From NCBI RefSeq assembly GCF_900105015.1, contig NZ_FNLK01000012.1, forward strand, positions 330,001 to 362,000: a stretch of DNA of 32,000 nt. Direction: 5' to 3'. Positions 8,047 to 16,159 of this stretch are shown piece after piece. The translations under genes were made by a program, and so were the position numbers. Every line of letters starts with the position of its first letter. Position 1 is the first letter of the stretch. The stretch comes from Schaalia meyeri. Its GTDB lineage: Bacteria; Actinomycetota; Actinomycetes; Actinomycetales; Actinomycetaceae. The notes under the pieces were generated by a model. It was not told where the DNA came from and did not search any database. It saw nothing but the letters and a program-made list of their open reading frames with translations.

Positions 8047-9052
8047 GGGAGGCCTTAAGCTGCCCGGGACCGATCGTGTCCGGCCCCCTCGAACCGTCGG
8101 GCGGAGCCTGCGTGGAGGCGAGTGCGCGGCGCAGGGCACGCAGGTCCCGCCCGCTGCGCGTGGGGAGGCTAAGGATCGGCGTGGGCGCGCACTCGCGCAG
8201 GCCCGGGCTACGTCTGCGACCCCTGGTCACAAGCGTGAGTGCGGGGCACGGTGGCGGAGACAGCGTGAGGACCGCGGCCATCGCGGCCGCGCCTTCAAGG
8301 TCCCCGTGGGTCACCAGGACGGCGACGTCGGCGCCGATGGCCAGGGCGCAGTGCGCCGCCCGCGCGTCCCACCGGCCGACATCCACGAGGAGGGGAGCGT
8401 CCAGGGACCGGCAGGCTGCCACCACGCGAGGATCGTCCGCGTGGGCGCCGCCACGTCCATCTCCCACGATGGCGCGCACCCCACCGATCAGCGGCAGTTG
8501 ATCGCGCAGAGCGGGCAGGTAGGAGTCTTCTAAGGCATCCAAGTCCGCCCAGCGCACCCCCGGGGCCGAGTGATCGCACGCGCGGGCAAATCCGGGCACC
8601 GCCCCCGACGCGTCGACGACGACCGGGCCGGAGCCGCTCTCGCTTCCCGGCTCTTTGCCCATCCATCGCGGGCACCTTTTCCACGCTGCCCGCGTGCGCC
8701 CCATCGCGTGAGCGAGGAGACGCACGACGCGGGTGACCCCCACTCCCCCGGCGATCCCGGCCAACACCCACACCGCGCCCGGTCGGAGCGCGCGCCGCGA
8801 TGCCTCGGCGATGAGGGAAACCAGGAGGGCCGTGTCACGCGGACTCACCTGGCCTTCGTCCCCGACTCGAACGCAGGGCAGGCAATCGGGTACCGGGGCC
8901 TGCGGAGCGGCCAGGACCAACGAGGCCCTGGCCGGGTCGACGCACACTCGCGCCCCCGCGAGGGTGACGGCGTCGCGGACGCATTCAAGGTCGGGCGAGG
9001 TCAGGCCGACGAGGGCGACGGTGCCTCGGCCCGAGGCTGGCTCGGTGTTCAT
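8039..9052 (-). CDS. CpaE/Ssd-like (septum-site-determining-like) protein of helicase/secretion neighbourhood
   Basis: ATG at 9052 (MNTEPASGRGTVALVGLTSPD...). Degenerate P-loop is LAGIAGGVGVTRV. The upstream part of track ORF (to 9211) is Arg-rich and overlaps the divergent HAD gene start region. Confidence 0.65.
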   Translation of the reverse strand: MNTEPASGRGTVALVGLTSPDLECVRDAVTLAGARVCVDPARASLVLAAPQAPVPDCLPCVRVGDEGQVSPRDTALLVSLIAEASRRALRPGAVWVLAGIAGGVGVTRVVRLLAHAMGRTRAAWKRCPRWMGKEPGSESGSGPVVVDASGAVPGFARACDHSAPGVRWADLDALEDSYLPALRDQLPLIGGVRAIVGDGRGGAHADDPRVVAACRSLDAPLLVDVGRWDARAAHCALAIGADVAVLVTHGDLEGAAAMAAVLTLSPPPCPALTLVTRGRRRSPGLRECAPTPILSLPTRSGRDLRALRRALASTQAPPDGSRGPDTIGPGQLKASRA

Positions 9053-9100
9053 GCGCCCACAGTGCGCCCGGCGGCCCGCCCCAGTCCATCCGTGCGCACT

Positions 9101-9172
9101 CCCCTGTGGACAACGCCTGCGCGAGATGTCACCCTGTGAACAGCGGGTTCCGACGGAGGACCCTGTGGAACC
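9101..9172 (-). promoter_or_regulatory. Three phased CCCTGTG(G/A)A repeats (DnaA-box-like TTGTCCACA on minus strand) in divergent Tad/HAD intergenic region
   Basis: cccctgtggacaa (9101-9113), accctgtgaacag (9131-9143), accctgtggaacc (9160-9172). CTGTG starts at 9104, 9134 and 9163, so spacing is 30 and 29 nt. Confidence 0.4.
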
Positions 9173-9195
9173 CTTCCGACGCTGGAGTGATTGCG

Positions 9196-10035
9196 ATGGT
9201 ACGCGCGGCATTTTTCGACCTGGATAAGACTATTTTGGACACGTCGTCAAACGTGGCGCTCTCCGGACCGTTCATCGAGGCGGGCCTGATGAACCGGCGC
9301 ACCGCGGTCGCATCCGTCCTGGTCCAGCTGCCCTACCTGCTCGCGGGCGCGGACGAGTCACGCATGGAACAGATGGCGGAGGCGATGGGCAAAATGGGGC
9401 GCGGCTGGGACGCGGCGTTCCTGGAGACCACCGTTGAGGATGCGCTCGAGCGGACGATCGAGCCCGTCTGCTACGCACAGGCCCTGCAGCGCATCGAGCG
9501 CCACAAGCGCGCGGGCGACGTCGTCGTCATCGCGTCGGCGTCGGTCGAGCAGGTGGTTCGCCCCATCGCCAAGATGCTGGGAGCTGACGAGGTTTTGGCC
9601 TCGCAGGCGGCCATCGACGCGGACGGGTGCTTCACGGGAGAGATCGTGCATTTTAACCAGGCGCAGGGAAAAGCGGACGCGTGCGAAGCCCTGGCCCGCG
9701 CGCGCGGATGGGACCTGTCCCAGTGCTACGCCTATTCTGATTCCATTTCGGACGCTCCCCTGTTGCGCCTGGTCGGGCACCCCTTCGCGGTCAACCCGGA
9801 CCGTGCCCTGCGGGAGTTGGCGGAGCGCGAAGGCTGGCCCACCCTGACCTTCATGTCCACGGTTCGGGTGCTGCCACGCCACGTGCCCACGCCCGCGAAG
9901 GTCGCGCTGCCCTTCGTGGCGGGCGTCGCCGTGGGGGTACTGGCCTGTGCTCTGCTGCGGCGCCGCGCCCGCCCCTATCCGAGCCTGCCGGCCTGCACGT
10001 GCCGGGCAACGTCGCGCCCCACCTGCGCGCCGTAA
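9196..10035 (+). CDS. HAD-IB family hydrolase (SerB-like; Rv3661-type) with C-terminal TM helix
   Basis: Start is MVRAAFFDLDKT (DxDxT motif I). SASVEQV is motif II and AYSDSISDAPLL is motif IV. A C-terminal hydrophobic segment VALPFVAGVAVGVLACALL is present. Confidence 0.8.
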   Translation: MVRAAFFDLDKTILDTSSNVALSGPFIEAGLMNRRTAVASVLVQLPYLLAGADESRMEQMAEAMGKMGRGWDAAFLETTVEDALERTIEPVCYAQALQRIERHKRAGDVVVIASASVEQVVRPIAKMLGADEVLASQAAIDADGCFTGEIVHFNQAQGKADACEALARARGWDLSQCYAYSDSISDAPLLRLVGHPFAVNPDRALRELAEREGWPTLTFMSTVRVLPRHVPTPAKVALPFVAGVAVGVLACALLRRRARPYPSLPACTCRATSRPTCAP

Positions 10036-10811
10036 ACGATCCCCGCGCAGTAGTGGGTGATCCACCGGGCCAGGCCGGGCTCGTCGGCGCTGACCCACCC
10101 CGCGAGGGAGCGCCCCGCGCGCGAGGGGTCCACCGCGTCGTAGGCGCCCGGCACGCACACGCCCGTCGGGTCGACTCCGCGCGTGACCAGGATCCACCGG
10201 GCCAGGCCCGCGCCCACCGCGGACGAGGCCGGGGCAAAGACACGCCGAAAACGAAAGTGAGCGTTTAGGGCGGCCGCGATGGCCAGGGCGGGCGCGTCGC
10301 AGCGCGCGTAGGCCAGGGCGGGCGCCAACGCAGCGGGGTCGGTTGGGGATGCCACCGAAGGCGCTTCGACCAGGCCCGCCGCCACCATCGCCGAGCAGAC
10401 GTCCCTGTGCAGCGCCGCGATGAGGGCAGGCAGGGGCGTGGGGGCGACGCGCGCGAGCGCCGGGGCGCGGACGTTGAGCGCGGGGAAGCGCGACGCGAGG
10501 TTCCACTGCGAGCGCCAGATGCCCAGCGCGAGTGTGGAAGCCGGGTCCGATGCGGGCCCTCCCCGGTCGTTCATGGACAGAGCACGCACGTCGTCGACAC
10601 TGGTGCGCGCACCCTCGATGATGGCCAGGGCGGCGGCCTCACGGATGGAAGCCTCGGCGCGGGCCTCCTCCCATCCGCGGCGCAGGCCCTCGGAGAAGCG
10701 CAGGTCCGCGAGAGCGGCGTGCGCCTCGTTCATTGCTGAGGCGACGTCGGCGCGGGCGGCCGCGGCACGCAGAACGTCGGGCGCGGGGTCAACCAGGGCT
10801 TCGATACTCAC
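9975..10811 (-). CDS. Conserved hypothetical protein (possible degenerate Fic/Fido-like fold, very tentative)
   Basis: 278-aa ORF with coding-like composition. Segment LNAHFRFRRVFAPASSAVGAGLARWILVTRGVDP loosely resembles the HxFxxIHPFxDGNGRxxR region with catalytic residues replaced. The 3' end overlaps the HAD gene by 61 nt. Confidence 0.5.
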   Translation of the reverse strand: MSIEALVDPAPDVLRAAAARADVASAMNEAHAALADLRFSEGLRRGWEEARAEASIREAAALAIIEGARTSVDDVRALSMNDRGGPASDPASTLALGIWRSQWNLASRFPALNVRAPALARVAPTPLPALIAALHRDVCSAMVAAGLVEAPSVASPTDPAALAPALAYARCDAPALAIAAALNAHFRFRRVFAPASSAVGAGLARWILVTRGVDPTGVCVPGAYDAVDPSRAGRSLAGWVSADEPGLARWITHYCAGIVYGAQVGRDVARHVQAGRLG

Positions 10812-10828
10812 CCCTCTACACTAGGGGT

Positions 10829-11758
10829 ATGACGCTTTTGCAGCATCGAAAGTTCTCCGCGCGCTTGCGCTCGGGGTTGTTCGCGTTCATTTTTGCCCCA
10901 ATGTCCTTGGTATTCCTGGGTTCGTCCATGGTGGACGTGCAGGCATTGGCTGCCGTGGGACAGCCCCTGTCCTCCGTGGAGGGGCTGATCGGCATGGCGT
11001 TGGCGTCGCTGCTGTTGGCGCTGATCGCGCTCAATTGCGAGGAGTCGAGCACGGGCATGGTAGTCACCTTCGCGTGGTCGCTGGCGGTGGGAGCGGCCCA
11101 GTTTTTGGGGGTGGCACGCATCCCGCTACTGATGAAGTCGTCGGTGGGGCCCAGCGACATGTACGCCGGGGTCGTCTGGTGTCTGTATCCGGTGTGTTTG
11201 TCCCTGATGCTCGGCGCGTGCGCTCTGGCGATCAAGATGGTGCGCACGCGCGCGGGCAAGGAGTCGCGCATTCCTTTGGCGCGAACGCATCGCCGCGCGT
11301 TCGGGGCCGCGGTCGCAATCCCATCGGCCATCGCGGTGGGCGTACTGATGATCGCGGCGGCGCCATCGGATTCGACGAACGTGGCGGCGATGGGCCTGGA
11401 GGGCATCTTAACGAGCTACACGCTGGCCCCGTGGTTCGCTCTGCCTGCCGGTCTGGCCTTGGCGCTCCTGGTTGTCAGCGCACGCTGGTCGATCACGGGC
11501 GCGCAAGCGGCGGCATGGACCATCTTGGTGCTGCCCACCTACGTGATTTTGCCGGTGTGGGCGTCGCTGACAGGCAACGTGATAGTTCCCGGGTCCTCGA
11601 TCATGACCAGGGTGGCCCTGGCGAGCCCGCCGTTGGCCGCGCTCGGGATGGCCACGGGTTGCGCGTCGTTGGGTGTACTGTGGGCGCGCCTGCGGGCCTC
11701 CAAAGTCAGTGATGCGCCGGAGGATTCGATACCGAATGAGGGGCCTGCCGGAAACTAA
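10829..11758 (+). CDS. Polytopic integral membrane protein, unknown function
   Basis: ATG at 10829 (MTLLQHRKFSARLRSGLFAFIFAPMSLVFLG...). There are at least 7 hydrophobic stretches. The earlier track start lies inside the divergent gene. Confidence 0.6.
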   Translation: MTLLQHRKFSARLRSGLFAFIFAPMSLVFLGSSMVDVQALAAVGQPLSSVEGLIGMALASLLLALIALNCEESSTGMVVTFAWSLAVGAAQFLGVARIPLLMKSSVGPSDMYAGVVWCLYPVCLSLMLGACALAIKMVRTRAGKESRIPLARTHRRAFGAAVAIPSAIAVGVLMIAAAPSDSTNVAAMGLEGILTSYTLAPWFALPAGLALALLVVSARWSITGAQAAAWTILVLPTYVILPVWASLTGNVIVPGSSIMTRVALASPPLAALGMATGCASLGVLWARLRASKVSDAPEDSIPNEGPAGN

Positions 11759-11812
11759 TGCGCGCGAGTAGCCGCAAGGCTCGTAATATGTGGGCAGATA
11801 CAAGGAGGAAGC

Positions 11813-14383
11813 ATGTCCGAGAACGAGTTTGACGTCCAGCGTGACCGCACCGAGGACGACCGCGACAACCCGGTGCTCACCGGCGAGGAAATCGAGCTGC
11901 CGGGCGAGGATTCCGATGCGGCGGCGATCATCGGCGAGTCCAGCGAGCCCATCCACACGGGCGAGATCGAGTCTGTTGCGATCAGCGGGGTGACGGGGCG
12001 AGGCCCGGCCGCCGCCCCACTCAAGCCAGCAATCGAGGACAGGATTTCCACCGGCGAGCTTCCCGTCGTCCCCGCTGCCGCTGGCGATGCCGTCGGCGCG
12101 TCCTGCACGGACCGGGCCGACTCCGCTTCCTCTGCCGAGGAAAAACGGGCGGACACCGAGGAGGACGCTCCCGCCTCGGATGCTTTAGCGACGGGCGAGA
12201 GGGAAGCGGAGACCCCCGCGACTGACGAGGCCGAGGAGCCTACCCCCGCCGCTGCCTCCTTGGATGCTCCTGTGGGGGAACCCGCCGATGACACGCCCGC
12301 ACAGGATATGTCCGAGCAGGACGCTCCCACCGACGACGCCCCCGCACAGGAAACCTCGCAGGCAAGCGCGTCCGACGATGACACACCAACGCAGACCGCG
12401 CCCGAAGAGAGCACACCCGCCGACGACGCATACGCGCAGGCCACGCCCGAAGAGAGTGCACCCACCCGCGACAGCTCCGAGGCAAAAGCGCCAACCGACG
12501 AGACGCCCATGCAGACCGCGCCCGAGGAAAACCCTGCCGCGGACCTCCCGACCCTGGACGACGCCCCCGCACAGGAAACCTCGCAGGCAAGCGCGTCCAT
12601 CGATGACACGCCAACGCAGACCGCTCCCGAAGAGAGCACACCAGCCGACGACGCATACGCGCAGGCCGCGCCCGAAGAGAGTGCACCCACCCGCGACAGC
12701 TCCGAGGACAAGGCGCCAACCGACGAGACGCCCACCCAGATCCCGCCCGTCCAAAAGCCCGCCCTCACCTTCCCCACCCCGGACCCCGCGCCCAGTCGCG
12801 ACACGCCCGAGGACAAGGCGCCAACCGACGACGCACCCACCCAGATCACTCCCCTCCAAAAACCCACCCTCACCTTCCCCACCCCGGCCCCCGCACCCAG
12901 TCGCGACACGCCCGAGGACAACGCGCCAACCGACGACGCACCCACCCAGATCACCCCCCTCCAAAAACCCACCCTCACCTTCCCCACCCCGGGCATCGCG
13001 CCCACCCAGGCCACCCCCCTCCAAAAACCCGGCCCGGCCTTCCCGACCGGGGATTTTGCGCCGACCACAGACGCAAGCGAGAGCACAGAAGAGCCCGGGG
13101 CGAAGGAACCTGCGCGGCCCGACGCTCCCTTCTCGTCGCTGGACACGTCCGCGCGCAGGGAAGCCTCGCCCAGTGCCACCCGTGATCAGGAACCGGCACC
13201 GAAGCGCCCACCCATCATGACGCCCGCGCAGGCCGCTGCTGTCCTGGGCCTGAACCTGGACGCCGTGCGCGACGTTTCCACACCTAACGCACCGGTGTCG
13301 AAGATCCGGGAGGTCGGCGGCGCCGTCGGCGCTGCCGAGGAGGAAACCCGCGGCGTGACGGGCGGTGCCGCCGAACCCACCACTGACCAGGCCACCCCCT
13401 ACTCGCTGCCGTCGCGTCGGACGATGATTTTCGGCGACGAGGAGCCTTTAACGCCCTCGACTCCGGCTTCCAGCTACGCCGCGAAAGAGGCGCCCACCGC
13501 CCCCGTGCGCACCGCTGCCCCCGCGCCCGTGACGGAGCCGGAAGCGACGGTCGAACCCCCCAGGCAGACGGAACCTTCTTTCGCGGAAGCCACGACCCAG
13601 CTGCCCGCGCAGGCGCCGCAGGCCTTGTATTCCTTCGAGGATCAGGATGCAGCCGAGACCACTCGGCCGCGACGCCGTTCCCTGCTGAGCGCCGACGAGG
13701 GGCGCGACGCCGAGACGCTGGCCGCGATCGCATCCTCCGCCGGACGCGATCGGTCGGATAGGTCCGGCGAGTCGCATCGACTGGACGATGAGCTCTTCTC
13801 TGCCGCACCCCAGCTGACGGAGATGCCGTCGCGGACGGGCGCCCACTGGGTGTCGCTGGTGGGATTCCTGGTCTTCACGCCCCTGGCGTGGTATCTGGCG
13901 GCCGACGCGGGAGCCCGTATGACGCTGGCCGATTCCGCACCCATGTTCACGGGCGTCGCCTCGATCCAGGCACTGGGCGAGCTCCTGGGCGCAGTCGTCA
14001 TCGCCGCAATCCTGTTCGTGTTGGCGCGCCGTTCGTCGCTGGGCGCGTGGATCATGGGCGCGGTTGCGCTCCTCGTGGGGCTTCCGTGGGTCCTGGCCCC
14101 GGGCTTCACAGCCTCGGCGCTGCTCTCCGCGCTGACCTCTCTGCGTGATACGGGGCCTCTGGGCGCCAACCTGATGCACCACCTGCAGGCCTCCGGATAC
14201 TCGGGCCGCTTCGTCGTGCTGGGCGCGGTCCTCATGGGCATCGCCTACGTCTCTCATTCGGCGCGCCGCACCGGCCGCTCCGAGGAGGCGCTGCGTACCT
14301 CCCTTGAGGTGAGCAACCCCACGGGTGCCTTCTATTCCAAGCGCGCCCGCAAGCGTGCCGCCAAGGACGCGGGCCTGAAGTGA
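11813..14383 (+). CDS. Acidic Pro/Thr/Asp/Glu-rich tandem-repeat protein with C-terminal 4-TM anchor
   Basis: 856-aa ORF. Strong SD AAGGAGGA (11801-11808). A long low-complexity acidic region contains 75-aa and 35-aa repeats. The C-terminus has hydrophobic helices (WVSLVGFLVFTPLAWYL, LLGAVVIAAILFVLA, WIMGAVALLVGLPWVLA, FVVLGAVLMGIAYV). Confidence 0.75.
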   Translation: MSENEFDVQRDRTEDDRDNPVLTGEEIELPGEDSDAAAIIGESSEPIHTGEIESVAISGVTGRGPAAAPLKPAIEDRISTGELPVVPAAAGDAVGASCTDRADSASSAEEKRADTEEDAPASDALATGEREAETPATDEAEEPTPAAASLDAPVGEPADDTPAQDMSEQDAPTDDAPAQETSQASASDDDTPTQTAPEESTPADDAYAQATPEESAPTRDSSEAKAPTDETPMQTAPEENPAADLPTLDDAPAQETSQASASIDDTPTQTAPEESTPADDAYAQAAPEESAPTRDSSEDKAPTDETPTQIPPVQKPALTFPTPDPAPSRDTPEDKAPTDDAPTQITPLQKPTLTFPTPAPAPSRDTPEDNAPTDDAPTQITPLQKPTLTFPTPGIAPTQATPLQKPGPAFPTGDFAPTTDASESTEEPGAKEPARPDAPFSSLDTSARREASPSATRDQEPAPKRPPIMTPAQAAAVLGLNLDAVRDVSTPNAPVSKIREVGGAVGAAEEETRGVTGGAAEPTTDQATPYSLPSRRTMIFGDEEPLTPSTPASSYAAKEAPTAPVRTAAPAPVTEPEATVEPPRQTEPSFAEATTQLPAQAPQALYSFEDQDAAETTRPRRRSLLSADEGRDAETLAAIASSAGRDRSDRSGESHRLDDELFSAAPQLTEMPSRTGAHWVSLVGFLVFTPLAWYLAADAGARMTLADSAPMFTGVASIQALGELLGAVVIAAILFVLARRSSLGAWIMGAVALLVGLPWVLAPGFTASALLSALTSLRDTGPLGANLMHHLQASGYSGRFVVLGAVLMGIAYVSHSARRTGRSEEALRTSLEVSNPTGAFYSKRARKRAAKDAGLK
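12332..12737 (+). repeat. Tandem repeat, 225-nt unit, about 1.8 copies (in-frame, 75 aa)
   Basis: gacgacgcccccgcacaggaaacctcgcaggcaagcgcgtcc... begins at 12332 and again at 12557. The copies are near-identical over about 180 nt. Confidence 0.85.
12731..13035 (+). repeat. Tandem repeat, 105-nt unit, 3 copies plus partial (in-frame, 35 aa: ..APTQITPLQKPTLTFPTP..)
   Basis: cccacccagatc starts at 12731, 12836 and 12941, with a partial re-iteration at 13001. ccctcacct recurs at 12762, 12867 and 12972. Confidence 0.85.
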
Positions 14384-15282
14384 CGCCCCTGATTCCCGCC
14401 AGCGCGATCGAGCGTGAGGGTCCGTGGACCCACCGGCACGTGAGCGCTGGCGGCGCCGCATTCCACGTCGCCGACATGGGCGAGGACATGGGCCATGCGC
14501 TGGTTCTGCTCCACGGATTCCCCGAACACTGGTGGGCGTGGCGCGACGTTCTCCCCTCCCTGGCAAAGCAAGCGCCCCGCGTCATCGCTCTCGATTTGCG
14601 AGGCTTCGGCACCTCCGACCTGACGCGCGGAGACTGCGACCTGGTGCAGATGGCCGGCGACGTGGTCGGAGTCGTCCGAGCGCTGGGCATCGGCTCTTTT
14701 TCCGTGGCAGGCATGGGCATCGGAGGCGCCGTCACGTGGATGATTGGGGCGCTTGCTCCCCTGGAACTGCGCTCGATCGCGGTCCTGTCCGCTCCTCACC
14801 CGCTCGGAGTCCGCCCCGTGATCGGGCGCGTTCCTTGGGCCAGTGGCTGCGTCTTGCACGGGAGGCTCGCCCTGCCCACGGGCAGGGAACGCGCGCTGCA
14901 CACCGGATCGCTGGTGACCAGCGTGTACCGGGCGTGGGCGTCCCCGGCGAACGTTGACGCGCTGGTGTCGCAGTCGGGTCCGTACCGCGCGGCGCTGCGG
15001 CGCCCCTTCGCCGCCCACACCGGCCTGCGCGGCCTGCGCGCCGCCCGGACGCTCTCGCGAGGGGTCCGGCATGCTTTGTCGGAACCGGTGCGAGTTCCCG
15101 TTCTGTCGCTTGTCGGTCGCGATGACGGCGCCTGGTCCCCGCTGGATCACGCCGCTAACGCCCGGTTTGTCGATGCTTCTCTCACGCAGATTGTTATTCG
15201 CGAGGCAGGCCATTTCCTGCCCGAAGAGGCACCCCGGGCGGTCACGTCGGCCCTGTCAGAACACATCGGAACGTACGCCTGA
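14380..15282 (+). CDS. Alpha/beta-fold hydrolase, epoxide-hydrolase/dehalogenase-like, nucleophile position substituted
   Basis: LLHGFPEHWWAWRD...ALDLRGFGTSD is typical of the HGFP-type fold. The nucleophile elbow reads VAGMGIGGAV where GHDWGG/GHSxGG is expected. C-terminal EAGHFLPEEAP retains the His. GTG overlaps the upstream stop (GTGA). Confidence 0.75.
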   Translation: MTPLIPASAIEREGPWTHRHVSAGGAAFHVADMGEDMGHALVLLHGFPEHWWAWRDVLPSLAKQAPRVIALDLRGFGTSDLTRGDCDLVQMAGDVVGVVRALGIGSFSVAGMGIGGAVTWMIGALAPLELRSIAVLSAPHPLGVRPVIGRVPWASGCVLHGRLALPTGRERALHTGSLVTSVYRAWASPANVDALVSQSGPYRAALRRPFAAHTGLRGLRAARTLSRGVRHALSEPVRVPVLSLVGRDDGAWSPLDHAANARFVDASLTQIVIREAGHFLPEEAPRAVTSALSEHIGTYA

Positions 15283-15464
15283 CAGCCCATTTTTCATTAG
15301 ACAGCTCACACAACTCGCCGAATATAACCCGTTTCACCTGATAAATAGGGCATAATGATGTGATACGCGGTACCTCCTAGTGAGCGGTGTAACGCATGGG
15401 ACTCGCCGCGCAGTCCAAATCGAACGCCCGAGCAATCGGGCACGAGCGGAAGGAGCTCCGCACC

Positions 15465-16148
15465 ATGATCGGTGACGGTAACTTCATCAGCCAGGTGCCG
15501 CTGTTCGGTGGCCTTGATGATGCACAGCAGGTGTCCCTCCAGCAGAAAATGGGTCACACGACTCTGCGCCGTGGAGAGACCCTCTTCGACGAAGGCGACC
15601 TCGGCGATCGCCTCTACATCGTGACCGAGGGCAAAGTCAAGCTCGGTCACACCTCCGGCGACGGCCGCGAGTCCCTGCTCGCCGTCCTGGGTCCCGGAGA
15701 GATCATTGGTGAACTCACACTCTTTGATCCGGGTCCGCGTTCAACCACCGCGACCGCCGTTTCCCCAGCGTCGCTCCTCTACCTGGAGCACGAGGACCTC
15801 ATGCACGTGCTGGACACGAACCCGACGCTGGCCAAACACATGCTGCGTGCCCTCGCACAGCGCCTGCGCCGCACCAACGAGTCCCTCTCGGATCTCGTGT
15901 TCTCTGACGTTCCCGGCCGCGTCGCCAAGGCCCTCCTGGATCTGGCTGACCGTTTCGGCACGGCGACCGACAAGGGCGTGCACGTCCCCCACGACCTCAC
16001 GCAGGAAGAGCTGGCTCAGCTGGTCGGCGCCTCCCGTGAGACCGTCAACAAGTCTCTGGCCGACTTCGTTTCGCGAGGCTGGATCCGCCTCGAGGGTCGC
16101 GCCGTGACGCTCCTTGATGTCGATCGCCTCGCGCGCCGCGCGCGCTGA
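15465..16148 (+). CDS. crp: Crp/Fnr-family cAMP receptor protein (Crp/GlxR)
   Basis: ATG at 15465 follows GGAAGGAG. cNMP-binding segment is GEIIGELTLFDPGPRSTTATA. C-terminal HTH is RETVNKSLADFVSRGWIRLEG. At 227 aa it is similar in length to mycobacterial Crp. Confidence 0.9.
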   Translation: MIGDGNFISQVPLFGGLDDAQQVSLQQKMGHTTLRRGETLFDEGDLGDRLYIVTEGKVKLGHTSGDGRESLLAVLGPGEIIGELTLFDPGPRSTTATAVSPASLLYLEHEDLMHVLDTNPTLAKHMLRALAQRLRRTNESLSDLVFSDVPGRVAKALLDLADRFGTATDKGVHVPHDLTQEELAQLVGASRETVNKSLADFVSRGWIRLEGRAVTLLDVDRLARRAR

Positions 16149-16159
16149 CCTCAGCTGAC

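Noticed and set aside
7436-8533. 365-aa plus-strand ORF
   Set aside because: It is antisense to the TadA and CpaE-like genes, which have clear ATPase motifs. Its Arg/Pro/Ser-rich composition has no motif.
9358-10506. 382-aa minus-strand ORF
   Set aside because: It is out of frame with, or antisense to, the HAD hydrolase (clear DxDxT motifs) and the 278-aa gene. Its composition is extreme in Arg/Gly/Pro.
11755-13179. 474-aa minus-strand ORF (Ser/Gly/Ala/Val-rich, internally repetitive)
   Set aside because: It is the antisense shadow of the tandem-repeat region of the 856-aa plus-strand gene. It has no SD, its repeats simply mirror the sense-strand repeats, and the plus-strand gene has a strong SD and a coherent TM C-terminus.
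13448-14566. 372-aa minus-strand ORF, plus 14332-15213 (293 aa)
   Set aside because: These are antisense shadows of the repeat-protein C-terminus and of the alpha/beta hydrolase. They are Arg/Gly-rich and have no recognisable domains.
15283-15464. Crp autoregulatory site, and -10-like cataat (15349-15354), upstream of crp
   Set aside because: Only isolated half-sites are present (TGTGA at about 15358, TCACA at about 15306) with no properly spaced palindrome. This is too weak to call.
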